The position numbers and the translations under genes were made by a program. Below, piece by piece: positions 20,478 to 29,580 of a DNA stretch of 64,000 bases (position 1 is the stretch's first letter; the number at the start of each line of letters is the position of its first letter). The notes under the pieces were generated by a model. The model was not told the DNA's origin. It made no database searches and saw only the letters and a program-made list of their open reading frames with translations. The DNA is taken from positions 224,001-288,000 of the IMG/VR virus record IMGVR_UViG_3300021255_002539; one strand, given 5' to 3'. Source of the DNA: a virus (Duplodnaviria > Caudoviricetes).

Positions 20478-23400
20478 ATGAGAATCGTAATTGACAAGGA
20501 CATACCTGAAATCCAACTCCTGCAGGAATCCTGGGAGAAAAGCAAGCCAACCTACAAGGTAGTTGCTGTAAACGAATGCGACAGGTTCGTATATGCCAAG
20601 GACTTGAAGAAGATTGACGAAGCCACTGATTCTGCGTTGGACATGGCGTGGGACAAGACATTCGATGATTGTTCGGCGCAAATTGTTGAGACAAAGAATG
20701 GGAAGGATGCCACAATATGGTCTTCTGATGGGAAGCTTGTTGTTTCCGAGGGGGTCTTTGGGGACCTGGTCAGGGGGCTGTCTTCTGGAATGCAAAAGGC
20801 GTTGAATGGATTGAGCAAGGCGTTCAAGAAGGTCAAGGATGGAATAGCCAAATTGGGCAATGAGGTTCTGAATGGTCTTCGTGGGGCAGACTACATCAAC
20901 AAGAACAACGACATGACTGGTGTTGGCTACAAGGCGATGACCAAGCAGATGACAGTTGACGAGAACGAAGTCAAGAACTTGAAGGAGTATTGGAAGGTTT
21001 TGTGTACTGGGGTGAAGCAAGTAGTTGACCAGACGAAGCAATACCAACCAGTGGATGTCAAGAACATAAGTGGCGTGATAATGAACAGCGACAAGGATCC
21101 AATCCAACTCAAGGTCGATGTTGTCACTGCCGAGGGAGGGGAATCCCAATCCCTTTTGTTGACGCAGAATGGAGATGCGAAGCCCGAGGCTGGAGAAGGC
21201 AAAGATGATGGAGACGACGCTGCAGGAAATGGCGATGGTGCTGGAAATCCTGGTGGAGCGAAGCCCCTTGCTGGTGTGACACCTGAGCAAGCCAGGAAAG
21301 CCGCGACGGACAACCCCGAGCAGGTTGTGCCAACCCTCGCCCAACAAGTCACCCAGAACACCCAGGACATAGCTGGATTGAAGGAGAAGATGGCAAAGGT
21401 CGCAGAATCCACTCAGAGCTGGAACTTCAACAACGAGGTTCAGACCAACAAGGCTGGTCTTGAGCGTCTGGCAATCAAGCGGTTCTTCAACGAGATGAAC
21501 GACCCAGCAGTGAAGGAAATCAAGTTCGTTTCTGAATCTGGTCAGGTGAGGACATACTACACCAATTCTGGATCCTCGGCATATGCTGCGTTCAAGAAGG
21601 ACTTCAGGGAATCCACGGCGAAGTGCGAGAAGGCCGCCAACTTGGTTGGCTACAAGGTGACATTTGAGTCCGCAAACTCCAGAAGCCACTTGAATGGCTA
21701 CAAGTTCTCGGACTTCGGAATGGACGACGACTTCGATTCCACTTCCAAGACAATCGTCATCAAGGAGAGCGTCACTAGGGTATCTCCTAACGGAGATAAT
21801 AGCAAGGAGACATCTACTACCAAGAAGGAAGAGGTGGTGAAGGAATCGACAGACGATGTTGATGCCAGATTCTCGACAACCACGGTTGACGCGAAGACAC
21901 CATCTGCGAACCCAGAACCAAGTGGTTTCACGCTTGAAGTTGGGGAGTTGAACCCCGAGGACGAAGTGAAGTCCCTGTTGGCTTCCATGAACAAGTACGA
22001 TGTTGTCAAGCCAACCGACATCCAGGATGGTTCAATCTCAGATGGGGTGACGACATATCCAGATGCTGAGGTTGTTCAGGAGGCAGAAGGAGACGAGGAA
22101 GGTGGTGGTGACGACGCAGGAGGAGATGATGCTGGAGGAGAGGACGCCGATCCATTTGCTGATGGTGGAGGAGGAGACGACGCGGGTGGGGACGCAGACC
22201 CATTCGCAGGCGATGCGGGTGGCGATGACGCTGGTGGAGATGCTGGTGGAGGAGAAGATGCCGACCCATTCGCTGATGGAACAGGAGATGACGCTGGCGG
22301 CGATGCTGGTGGAGCCACAGGTGGGGATGCAGGTGGTGGAGACGCCCCTGCCGATGCTGGTGAAGGCGATGTAGCATCAGACCCCAATTCCCCAGAGGGA
22401 GAACCTGCCCCAGAATCCCCTGTGAACACAGACGCCCAGGGTGAGCCAAAGTCTCAGTACAACATCAATGTCACTGAGCCATTCAACGTCAACGACGACT
22501 TCTCCCTGAACGAGGAAGAGCAGAAGGAGTTCTTCGGCAAGATTGACCAGTTGGTGAAGATTCCCGACATGGACAACTACTCCCTTTACCTCTATCAGAT
22601 TACTCCAGAGAACATGAACCTCGATGATGTCCACTACATCCAGGCACTCTACGAGCTGTCTGTGAAGTTGGGCTTGCTTGAGGATGTCTATGCCGATTCC
22701 AACTTGCTTGAGAAGTACAACTCCTACAAGTACTCCGTTGTGAAGGATGGTGAGAACAAGGATGGCGAGGACTTCAAGGTTCAGGAGCAGAAGAACCCAA
22801 TTTGGGGCAACAAGGTGATGCTTGAAGAAGCCAAGGATAACAACAAGAAGCCCCGTGGCATCTCAAAGGTCCAGGACGACAATGAGGACAAGAACAAGTG
22901 GGTGAAGGACAACTCGAAGGAGGATCTTGAGAACAAGAAGCAGGACGACAGAAGGGGTCCGAAGTGGACGAAGCTCGACAAGGACCAGAACGGCGCCGAC
23001 AAGCCCATCGTCATAGACGCAGCAAAGGAGGCATGGGATTCTGTCAATGGAAAGAAGGATGGCAAGGATGACAAGGAAGACGCCGACAAGAAGCTCCTGG
23101 ATGGAACTTCCGAGGGTCAGTTCCACGGACTTGGTTGGTTGGTGACATTCAAGGCAATGCAGTTCGGCTCCCCCAGATACCTCACCCTCTACATCAAGAG
23201 GAATGGTAACGACAAGGCCGAGAAGCAATGCGAGGACTACCTCAAGAGACTGTCGTACACCGAGATTGAGTTCGTGAACATAGACGAGGTTGACCCCTAC
23301 GAGTATGTATACAGGTCTTGCTCTGGAATGAAGACCCCCGAGCAGGTTAGGACAGAGAAGTACGCGAACGAGGCAGTCCCAGTGACATACCTCGAAAGCA

Positions 23401-24140
23401 CCGACAAGAAGGTGACTGTTGGGGACTTCATCTACACCCCAGCCGACACTTTTGGTGGAAATGGATGGAACACAGTGCTTGCGCAGGTAGTGGAGGTCGA
23501 TGGGGACAAGTTCACAGCCAAGGCCGTAGATTCCACTGGAAATAAGTCATGGCAACTTGAGGTTGTTGGAAAGATGAAGGAGATGCGCGGCAATTCCACA
23601 TATGGCAAGACAACTGAAGCAGAGTTCAGGGAACTGAAGAACAGCGAGTTGGCAAGGGAAAGCGCCGAGACGAAGGTTCCTGAGTCAATCCCAGGGGACA
23701 TCAAGCGCGACATCAAGCGCGTCATCACAAAGCTGAATGCTGAAATCAGGGGAACCAAGCAGTTCAACTTCCTCAAGGAGTGTGGGGTGGAGAAGCCACA
23801 GATCGACCACCTTCAGTTCCTCGCAGGATACAAGACTGCGCAGGTGAACGAGACATTGAGCGAGACGACCTACAAGTTCATCTTCAAGAAGGACGATTCG
23901 ACCTTCTCGCGGATGTTCTACTCCAACCTCAAGGAGAAGTTGTTCAAGTACCTGGGGAGCTTCGCCCAAAAGTTCAACCTGGAATGTGGCTGCGAAGTGA
24001 AGCCAACCATGATTTGCATCGACTTCATGAGGAGCGATCTTGGCAACCCAACCTACGACCTGGACACGATGATTGTCGAACCAGATAAGCCAGAAGTCCC
24101 AACATTGGATCAGGCGATGGAGATTGCGAAAGACATGTAA
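20478..24140 (+). CDS. large acidic protein, putative head-internal protein
   Basis: 1220 aa; many hydrophobic-x-E-S/A motifs (LQES, VAES, IKES, VKES, YLES); internal KEIKFVSESG motif; Gly/Asp-rich linker. Confidence 0.6.
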   Translation: MRIVIDKDIPEIQLLQESWEKSKPTYKVVAVNECDRFVYAKDLKKIDEATDSALDMAWDKTFDDCSAQIVETKNGKDATIWSSDGKLVVSEGVFGDLVRGLSSGMQKALNGLSKAFKKVKDGIAKLGNEVLNGLRGADYINKNNDMTGVGYKAMTKQMTVDENEVKNLKEYWKVLCTGVKQVVDQTKQYQPVDVKNISGVIMNSDKDPIQLKVDVVTAEGGESQSLLLTQNGDAKPEAGEGKDDGDDAAGNGDGAGNPGGAKPLAGVTPEQARKAATDNPEQVVPTLAQQVTQNTQDIAGLKEKMAKVAESTQSWNFNNEVQTNKAGLERLAIKRFFNEMNDPAVKEIKFVSESGQVRTYYTNSGSSAYAAFKKDFRESTAKCEKAANLVGYKVTFESANSRSHLNGYKFSDFGMDDDFDSTSKTIVIKESVTRVSPNGDNSKETSTTKKEEVVKESTDDVDARFSTTTVDAKTPSANPEPSGFTLEVGELNPEDEVKSLLASMNKYDVVKPTDIQDGSISDGVTTYPDAEVVQEAEGDEEGGGDDAGGDDAGGEDADPFADGGGGDDAGGDADPFAGDAGGDDAGGDAGGGEDADPFADGTGDDAGGDAGGATGGDAGGGDAPADAGEGDVASDPNSPEGEPAPESPVNTDAQGEPKSQYNINVTEPFNVNDDFSLNEEEQKEFFGKIDQLVKIPDMDNYSLYLYQITPENMNLDDVHYIQALYELSVKLGLLEDVYADSNLLEKYNSYKYSVVKDGENKDGEDFKVQEQKNPIWGNKVMLEEAKDNNKKPRGISKVQDDNEDKNKWVKDNSKEDLENKKQDDRRGPKWTKLDKDQNGADKPIVIDAAKEAWDSVNGKKDGKDDKEDADKKLLDGTSEGQFHGLGWLVTFKAMQFGSPRYLTLYIKRNGNDKAEKQCEDYLKRLSYTEIEFVNIDEVDPYEYVYRSCSGMKTPEQVRTEKYANEAVPVTYLESTDKKVTVGDFIYTPADTFGGNGWNTVLAQVVEVDGDKFTAKAVDSTGNKSWQLEVVGKMKEMRGNSTYGKTTEAEFRELKNSELARESAETKVPESIPGDIKRDIKRVITKLNAEIRGTKQFNFLKECGVEKPQIDHLQFLAGYKTAQVNETLSETTYKFIFKKDDSTFSRMFYSNLKEKLFKYLGSFAQKFNLECGCEVKPTMICIDFMRSDLGNPTYDLDTMIVEPDKPEVPTLDQAMEIAKDM
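22095..22370 (+). repeat. low-complexity GGDDAGG / DADPFA coding repeats
   Basis: GGDDAGG repeated with three DADPFA motifs. Confidence 0.8.
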
Positions 24141-24158
24141 TCAACGAGGAAACAAAAC

Positions 24159-24644
24159 ATGAAGAAACTAAACATAACGAAGGAACAGTTCGAAAAGTCC
24201 AATTACTTCAAGAACAAGTATGGCAATCTTGAATATGTGTCGGAGAGCGGCAAAGTATTCAAGACGAACAAAGGCAAAATGCTGATGTTCAAGGAAGATT
24301 CATAGGGATTGCGTAGCGATGAAAAGAAGAAATGGACATGGTGGGGAAGTTCCGACGATGCCACTTATAATGATGCCCCCAGTTCTGATTATGAACAAGG
24401 CGATATAGATTGGTGTCCTGAAGGAGGATGGGAAGATAGAGAGGATGCGTGGTATTCAATGTTGGCAGTAGTTACAGATATAATTAGCCAAGAGACTACT
24501 GGTGTTGATTTACGGAACGATGTCTATGATGATGTCAAATAGGGTCATAGGTCAGCGGAGCTCGACATAGATCATGATGCTGGAACAGTTGAAGCCAATA
24601 TAAATGGCGACCACTATGAATGGTGGCTTGCGGAAGAACGATGA
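24159..24644 (+). CDS. hypothetical protein with MKKLNITK leader (2 in-frame TAG)
   Basis: GAGGA SD, ATG 24159, TAG at 24303 and 24540, TGA 24642; first ~42 aa homologous to 11359. Confidence 0.8.
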
Positions 24645-24695
24645 AGATTGACTCAATTGCAAGCAAAACCTTGTAAGCGATAGACTAAAAGAAAG

Positions 24696-24723
24696 AGACC
24701 GAGGTAAAAACCTCGGTCTTTTT
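24696..24723. terminator. bidirectional intrinsic terminator at a convergence point
   Basis: AGACCGAGG-TAAAAA-CCTCGGTCT with A-run before and T-run after. Confidence 0.85.
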
Positions 24724-24745
24724 GCATTGGTGGACAGAATTACAC

Positions 24746-25102
24746 TCACTTGGACTTTCTTGGTTTTCGGTCAGTATAGTACTTTTTTGTTTTTGGCGAT
24801 CTTGTGGAGACATATTTTGGGCCATGTTCCTTGTTGAATTTATCGCGCTTCTCCGCTCTGTCGAATTTTGAAAACACCCTATTTACAATAGCCTGTGCAT
24901 CTTTGTCTCTTTCCATCTGTAGCTTGATTGCTCTCTGAGCTTTAAGTCTTTCTTCCTTTTGCGCACTTGTCTCCCACCTCTCTCCTCCATTTCCATAACT
25001 GGCATATCCTGTTAGATCGTCTCTCCTAGGATAAAATTGTCCAAATACAAATCCAGGTAACAGGAACGAAAAAATCAACAGCATTATGTTTCTTTTTATC
25101 AT
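24746..25102 (-). CDS. hypothetical protein with N-terminal signal/TM segment
   Basis: MIKRNIMLLIFSFLLPGFVFG start; AT-richer than neighbours. Confidence 0.65.
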   Translation of the reverse strand: MIKRNIMLLIFSFLLPGFVFGQFYPRRDDLTGYASYGNGGERWETSAQKEERLKAQRAIKLQMERDKDAQAIVNRVFSKFDRAEKRDKFNKEHGPKYVSTRSPKTKKYYTDRKPRKSK

Positions 25103-25146
25103 ATTACAACCCCCTAGTTTTGATTAGATATGGATGTCAGTTTAGG

Positions 25147-25605
25147 TTACTGCACCACAATTTGCCTCTGCTCATAGTGCCCCGGCTGCCAGACTCGAAT
25201 GATCGTTCCATTGGCCTGAACCTGGTCGACATAGCGACCCTCAACCCAAACACTCTGCGTCGTGTAGACGGGAGTAGTCACTACTGGCGTAGTCACTACT
25301 GGCGTAGTTACCACTGGGGTTGTCACAACGGGGGTCGAGACTACTGTAGTGGTGGGATAGACGACTGTGGAAGGATACCTATATCCACTATAGAGTGCGC
25401 TTCCAACGACGCCACCAACGAATCCCGGCCAGAAGTTCCGACCTCCATGTCCCCAGAAGCTGTGGCTATGATGGTGATGTACTGGCATCGGTCGATATCC
25501 AAATCCACCGTGGAATCCACCCCTAGGTCCACCATGGGGTCTCGCAAACGCACTCACACATGCGCACATTGCCACAATAACTGCAATTACTAGTTTCTTG
25601 TTCAT
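25147..25605 (-). CDS. secreted Gly/His/Pro-rich protein of bacterial type
   Basis: Signal peptide ending VSAFA; VVTTP repeats; VWVEGRY...VWQPGHY beta motif. Confidence 0.75.
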   Translation of the reverse strand: MNKKLVIAVIVAMCACVSAFARPHGGPRGGFHGGFGYRPMPVHHHHSHSFWGHGGRNFWPGFVGGVVGSALYSGYRYPSTVVYPTTTVVSTPVVTTPVVTTPVVTTPVVTTPVYTTQSVWVEGRYVDQVQANGTIIRVWQPGHYEQRQIVVQ

Positions 25606-25672
25606 ATTAGTATCTCCATTTACTTTGTTGTTCATAGGGTATTTACTATTCCTAGTTCCCTACTTCGCCTAT

Positions 25673-25701
25673 ATTATAGCAAATCTGGTTCTGAATGTCA
25701 A
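25673..25701 (-). promoter_or_regulatory. sigma70-type promoter TTGACA-N17-TATAAT
   Basis: Reverse complement reads ttgacattcagaaccagatttgctataat; a GTAAATA also lies at 25640-25646. Confidence 0.85.
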
Positions 25702-25713
25702 TACCCCTTGTTT

Positions 25714-26070
25714 TTACTTGTTGGATGAGCTTCTGGGCTTGAACCCCGACTTGATGTATGGGGTGAACCTGTTGTAGGTCTTTGGAACTATCTTCAGGAG
25801 CAACTTGTACATCAACTCAGGCTTGTCTGCCAACCCCTCCAATGTAGTTAGGTGATTGAGAACGACATTTCTTACAGAGATATTTGAGTTCAACGACAAG
25901 TACCTCAGAACCATATATGGAGAGAACGCCGATTGGAACAACTCGTTCTTGATGTGGCTCTCGTACAGAGCCTTGTCCTTGTCCACCAGGATGTTGCCCA
26001 GTATCATGAACAGGTCCAGACTGGGCTTTGGTTCGTCCGTTGATTTACGCTTCTTATTATATGCCGCCAT
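25714..26070 (-). CDS. putative sliding-clamp loader small subunit (T4 gp62-like)
   Basis: FSPYMVLRYLS...YKLLLKIVPK...FTPYIK pattern and size typical of gp62-like proteins. Confidence 0.6.
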   Translation of the reverse strand: MAAYNKKRKSTDEPKPSLDLFMILGNILVDKDKALYESHIKNELFQSAFSPYMVLRYLSLNSNISVRNVVLNHLTTLEGLADKPELMYKLLLKIVPKTYNRFTPYIKSGFKPRSSSNK

Positions 26071-27169
26071 AGTCGAAACCACCACTTCTAGTCAGGTTCT
26101 TGCATGCCACCTCATATTGCTTTTCGCTCATGTTCAGCCTCTTGAGCAGTTCTGACTTGGATTTCGCCGCCTCAGATGCGTATTCCACCAGCTTTTTGTT
26201 GTCAGAGAACATCCCTTGGCAATGGTTGAACACCTTCTTGAACAGATACAGGTAGATTTGCTTGTTGTTATAGGAGTTTTCGTTGCGCTCCACTATGGAT
26301 AGGAGATATCCCACCATTTGCTTGACCTTGTTTTCGTCTATGTTATTATAGGAGTTTTCGCGCATCTCCTTGATTGTGGCATAGAGGTTCATGTTGTTTT
26401 CGATTGATGTCAAGTCAATCATCTCGAATGGGTGGTGATCTGAGGGGGATTGCCAATCTGGGGACAGACTTTCGGGCGTAAGAACCTCCTCCAATGTGGT
26501 GGTGTTCGTTGGATCTTGGGGGTTTAGGGTGGATGACAGGGACTTGTGGTTCACCATCGCCCCCTTCTCCTGGTTTGGCTTCCTGACCTTGTTCAAAACC
26601 CACCAAGTGGCGTATGTCAGAAATCTGTTCGAGTAGTCCAAGTCGAACCTCTCGGCCGCTATTGCCAGACCCTCGTTCGCCATCTGCTTGAAGTCGTCCA
26701 GGTCATACCATTGGGTTGGGGAGTTCTTCAGATACCGCTTGAAGTATACCTCTGCCAGGTTCTCGCTTGCCTTTGTGTTGTGCAGAACCAGGAGCTTGTT
26801 GAGTTCTGGCCTGTCGTTCCTGAACAACCCAATCATGCGCTTCTCTGACAACTTGTCCAATGGGAGTAGGTTTGTCTTGAAGAAGTCCATCCATTCCTTG
26901 GTTGTGAATACTGTCTCCCATTCCTCGTCTGTCAAGTCGGGCTTCGCCAGTGTCTTGTGCAGCTGCTTGGCATATGCCTTCATCGCCTTTTCGACTTCCT
27001 TGCGGTACTTGTCCCGATAGCCCTTTTCTGTGCGTTTTACATTGACATATGAAACCTTTGCGGGGGTCGCCTTGTGATGCCTAGTCAGTTTCCTTGGTTT
27101 TGCGATATTACTGTTCTCGTCCATGATGAATGTTGTCCTTTGCTCAAGCTTGTCAATATATTGTACCAT
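26057..27169 (-). CDS. phage-encoded sigma70-family RNA polymerase sigma factor
   Basis: Region 2 motif DDFKQMANEGLAIAAERFDLDYSNRFLTYATWWV. Confidence 0.85.
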   Translation of the reverse strand: MVQYIDKLEQRTTFIMDENSNIAKPRKLTRHHKATPAKVSYVNVKRTEKGYRDKYRKEVEKAMKAYAKQLHKTLAKPDLTDEEWETVFTTKEWMDFFKTNLLPLDKLSEKRMIGLFRNDRPELNKLLVLHNTKASENLAEVYFKRYLKNSPTQWYDLDDFKQMANEGLAIAAERFDLDYSNRFLTYATWWVLNKVRKPNQEKGAMVNHKSLSSTLNPQDPTNTTTLEEVLTPESLSPDWQSPSDHHPFEMIDLTSIENNMNLYATIKEMRENSYNNIDENKVKQMVGYLLSIVERNENSYNNKQIYLYLFKKVFNHCQGMFSDNKKLVEYASEAAKSKSELLKRLNMSEKQYEVACKNLTRSGGFDYGGI

Positions 27170-27170
27170 A

Positions 27171-28001
27171 TTAGGGGTTGTCTGGTAAACTGTAGTTCCT
27201 CCAAAGGGTCTCGGTCTTCGTCCTTGGTCTTCTATTCCCGTCTATGGTGTTCACATTGAATTCAACCTTTGTGAAGCCATTGTCCTCGAGTTTCTGGTAG
27301 ATGGGGTTGTCGTAGCCAGATATCAGAATCTTCGCCTTTGAGGAAATGCACTTGTCCACGAACTTCCTGTGGAAATCGTCGTCCTGGTCTATGTCGTATC
27401 TTGTTGCGCCACGTGTCGACCAGACATATGGTGGGTCGCAATAGAGGAAGCAATTTGGTTGGTTGTACTTGTCCATCAACTCCAATGCGTCTCTGTTGTA
27501 CACTATGAGGTGCTTGAGGCGTTCGTGAAGTTCTGGCATTCTGTCTATTGACGACAAGAAATCAGAAACAGATTTAGCCATTCCCCTTCTCACGAGCATG
27601 TTGGTGGCGAATCCTCCGATACCATTTATGGACAATCTGTTGGCTATGTAGAACCAATATGCCCTTTCGAGTTCTGATAGATTTGCATCCTTCAACTTCT
27701 CCCTTGCGTCATATCGCATGTCCTCGGCATATGGGGTAAGCTCCACCATCTTGATGAACTTGGGGAAAAGCTCCTCGTCCCGAAGCACCTTGTAGAGGCA
27801 ATAGACATTCTTGTTGAGGTCGTTGAATATCTCTATCGGGGGAATGTAGGGCATGTGCAGACCAATGGTGTATGAGCCCGAGAATGGCTCCATGTAGATG
27901 TTGTAGTCCGGACTTGGGAACTGCGATATGATGTTCTTCCACATCAATGCTTTTCCCCCAAAGTACTTGATTGGCGCATGCAGGTTTTTGATATGGTTCA
28001 T
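27171..28001 (-). CDS. DNA adenine methyltransferase (Dam/D12 class)
   Basis: YFGGK, YMEPFSGS, FNDLN and YCDPPY motifs. Confidence 0.92.
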   Translation of the reverse strand: MNHIKNLHAPIKYFGGKALMWKNIISQFPSPDYNIYMEPFSGSYTIGLHMPYIPPIEIFNDLNKNVYCLYKVLRDEELFPKFIKMVELTPYAEDMRYDAREKLKDANLSELERAYWFYIANRLSINGIGGFATNMLVRRGMAKSVSDFLSSIDRMPELHERLKHLIVYNRDALELMDKYNQPNCFLYCDPPYVWSTRGATRYDIDQDDDFHRKFVDKCISSKAKILISGYDNPIYQKLEDNGFTKVEFNVNTIDGNRRPRTKTETLWRNYSLPDNP

Positions 28002-28007
28002 ATGAAC

Positions 28008-28036
28008 ATTATACGACAAAATTGGGGTTGTGTAAA
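28008..28036 (-). promoter_or_regulatory. promoter TTTACA-N17-TATAAT (TCGTATAAT class), apparently leaderless
   Basis: TATAAT ends 6 nt before ATG 28001; no SD. Confidence 0.7.
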
Positions 28037-28041
28037 ACGAA

Positions 28042-28065
28042 AGGTGACTCCTTTCGGAGCCACCT
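28042..28065 (-). terminator. intrinsic terminator with GAAA tetraloop
   Basis: Minus strand AGGTGGCTCC-GAAA-GGAGTCACCT-TTCGTTTT. Confidence 0.8.
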
Positions 28066-28124
28066 CGTTCCCTTCTATGGAACTAATTATATGGAAAATT
28101 AGGAGGGGAACTTGACTATCGTTG

Positions 28125-28373
28125 TTAGCGGGCGACGACCGTAACCGTGCCAGAGGCGTAGCGGCGACCAACCTTGACGCGCTTGGCGGTCTCCAGGTAC
28201 GAAATGACCGCGGAGCCGGAGATCTTGCCACGACCACTCATGCCAGGACGACGGGTGAGAGCGGTGCCCTTCGAGAGCTTGAGGATGTCGCGAACCTGAT
28301 CCTTCGTGTACTGCATCGTCGGCTTGACGAGCGTAGCCTTGGCAACCATGGTCTTCTTCGTGTTCTTCTTCAT
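28125..28373 (-). CDS. small highly basic protein, possibly nucleic-acid binding
   Basis: 82 aa, K/R-rich, biased codon usage; own promoter (28448-28476) and terminator. Confidence 0.7.
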   Translation of the reverse strand: MKKNTKKTMVAKATLVKPTMQYTKDQVRDILKLSKGTALTRRPGMSGRGKISGSAVISYLETAKRVKVGRRYASGTVTVVAR

Positions 28374-28494
28374 TTGTTTTCTTCTTTCCTTTTTTGGTTT
28401 GTTTACCCGGACTCCCCAACCATTGGGTCATCCAAATCTTATGATATATTATACGAGTTGTTTGCTGTGTTGTAAAGTGGTTTTTTGTGGTTTT

Positions 28495-28635
28495 TTAGTT
28501 CAGTTCATACAACCTGGCAGACGAAATCGCCCACCATTCCTCCAGATATGGCCCAGACACGATTGTGAACTTGTCATGGGAATCGTCCTCCCAACGAACC
28601 ACATACCACAGACTTGAAATCTGAATCGTTCCCAT
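28495..28635 (-). CDS. small hypothetical protein
   Basis: AGGAGG SD then MGTIQISSLW; 46 aa. Confidence 0.55.
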   Translation of the reverse strand: MGTIQISSLWYVVRWEDDSHDKFTIVSGPYLEEWWAISSARLYELN

Positions 28636-28648
28636 ATTTCCCTCCTTA

Positions 28649-28810
28649 TTATTCCCAATGGTAGCCTGAGCAAATTGTGCATAAGGCGCATATTCCAAAC
28701 AGCATGGCGAAGAAGATGATTGCCCCAACAAATTCCTTGATGGTGTTCACAATCTCCTTGCGCTTTGCCCGACGCTCCTGGCGTCTCATCATCGCCGACC
28801 AGCTTTCCAT
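28649..28810 (-). CDS. small membrane protein (53 aa, not in ORF track)
   Basis: AGGAG SD; MESWSAMMRRQERRAKRKEIVNTIKEFVGAIIFFAMLFGICALCTICSGYHWE. Confidence 0.65.
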   Translation of the reverse strand: MESWSAMMRRQERRAKRKEIVNTIKEFVGAIIFFAMLFGICALCTICSGYHWE

Positions 28811-28825
28811 AGTTAATCTCCTTTT

Positions 28826-29218
28826 TTAGTCGTTTCCGTCATAACCAGGCTTGCGCCACTTGATTGGCTTGCGCGGAGGCTTGATTGCCTTGATTGGCAT
28901 GCCGTCATGCTCCTTGTCGTAGTCCTCAAGCAGTTCGTCCCTGGAATCCTTGTCAATGTAGAGGGACTTCAACTCGTCTTTGAGGTGGTAGAGGTCGGAG
29001 TGCGCGTACCTCGACTCGTCGGAGGGACCGCCAGCCACGGGGTACTTGAAGTACAGGATGATGTCGGTGTTCCACTCTGTCCAAGGCTCGGCGGGGGTCT
29101 GGCGCATTGCGTCAATCCCAACATAGTAGGGCCGCAGCTTCGCGGGAACCATGTTCTCGGCGATTGCCACTACTTGCTTCTCGGTCAGAGCTGGATGCCC
29201 CCACGCACAGGTCTTCAT
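28826..29218 (-). CDS. hypothetical protein
   Basis: 130-aa ORF with SD and phage-like codon usage. Confidence 0.7.
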   Translation of the reverse strand: MKTCAWGHPALTEKQVVAIAENMVPAKLRPYYVGIDAMRQTPAEPWTEWNTDIILYFKYPVAGGPSDESRYAHSDLYHLKDELKSLYIDKDSRDELLEDYDKEHDGMPIKAIKPPRKPIKWRKPGYDGND

Positions 29219-29239
29219 TTACTGATGTTCCTTTCTCAA

Positions 29240-29491
29240 TCAAAGTGGATGAATTTCCTGAAGAACACGAAGCTCAGTGAATTTCTCGTTCTTCCCCATC
29301 TTGAAGAACTTCCTCAGAATGTCAGGAATGTCCTCTTCACAAGCCGCCCATACACGGGTATCGTTTGCATACCAGCCAGTATTCTTCGTCCGCCATAGGA
29401 CACGGAACAACCTTTCCTTGCGGCTGTCGTCGTTCTTGACTTCGTTTCTTTTGGCAAACAGATTTCTGAGCCAATGTATGAAATCTTTCAT
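29240..29491 (-). CDS. hypothetical protein
   Basis: GGAGG SD; first gene after a TTGACA promoter. Confidence 0.7.
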   Translation of the reverse strand: MKDFIHWLRNLFAKRNEVKNDDSRKERLFRVLWRTKNTGWYANDTRVWAACEEDIPDILRKFFKMGKNEKFTELRVLQEIHPL

Positions 29492-29522
29492 CTTGTCCTC
29501 CTTGTTTCCTTCGAACACCTAT

Positions 29523-29552
29523 ATTATAGCATATTCGGTGATTGTCTGTCAA
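29523..29552 (-). promoter_or_regulatory. sigma70-type promoter TTGACA-N18-TATAAT with extended -10
   Basis: Reverse complement ttgacagacaatcaccgaatatgctataat. Confidence 0.8.
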
Positions 29553-29580
29553 GGGGGTCTATGAACAAATTGGATGGGAA

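Noticed and set aside
3278-24886. GTAAATA copies at 3278, 10730 (minus) and 24880 (minus)
   Set aside because: Inside coding sequence with no suitably placed downstream start; probably chance
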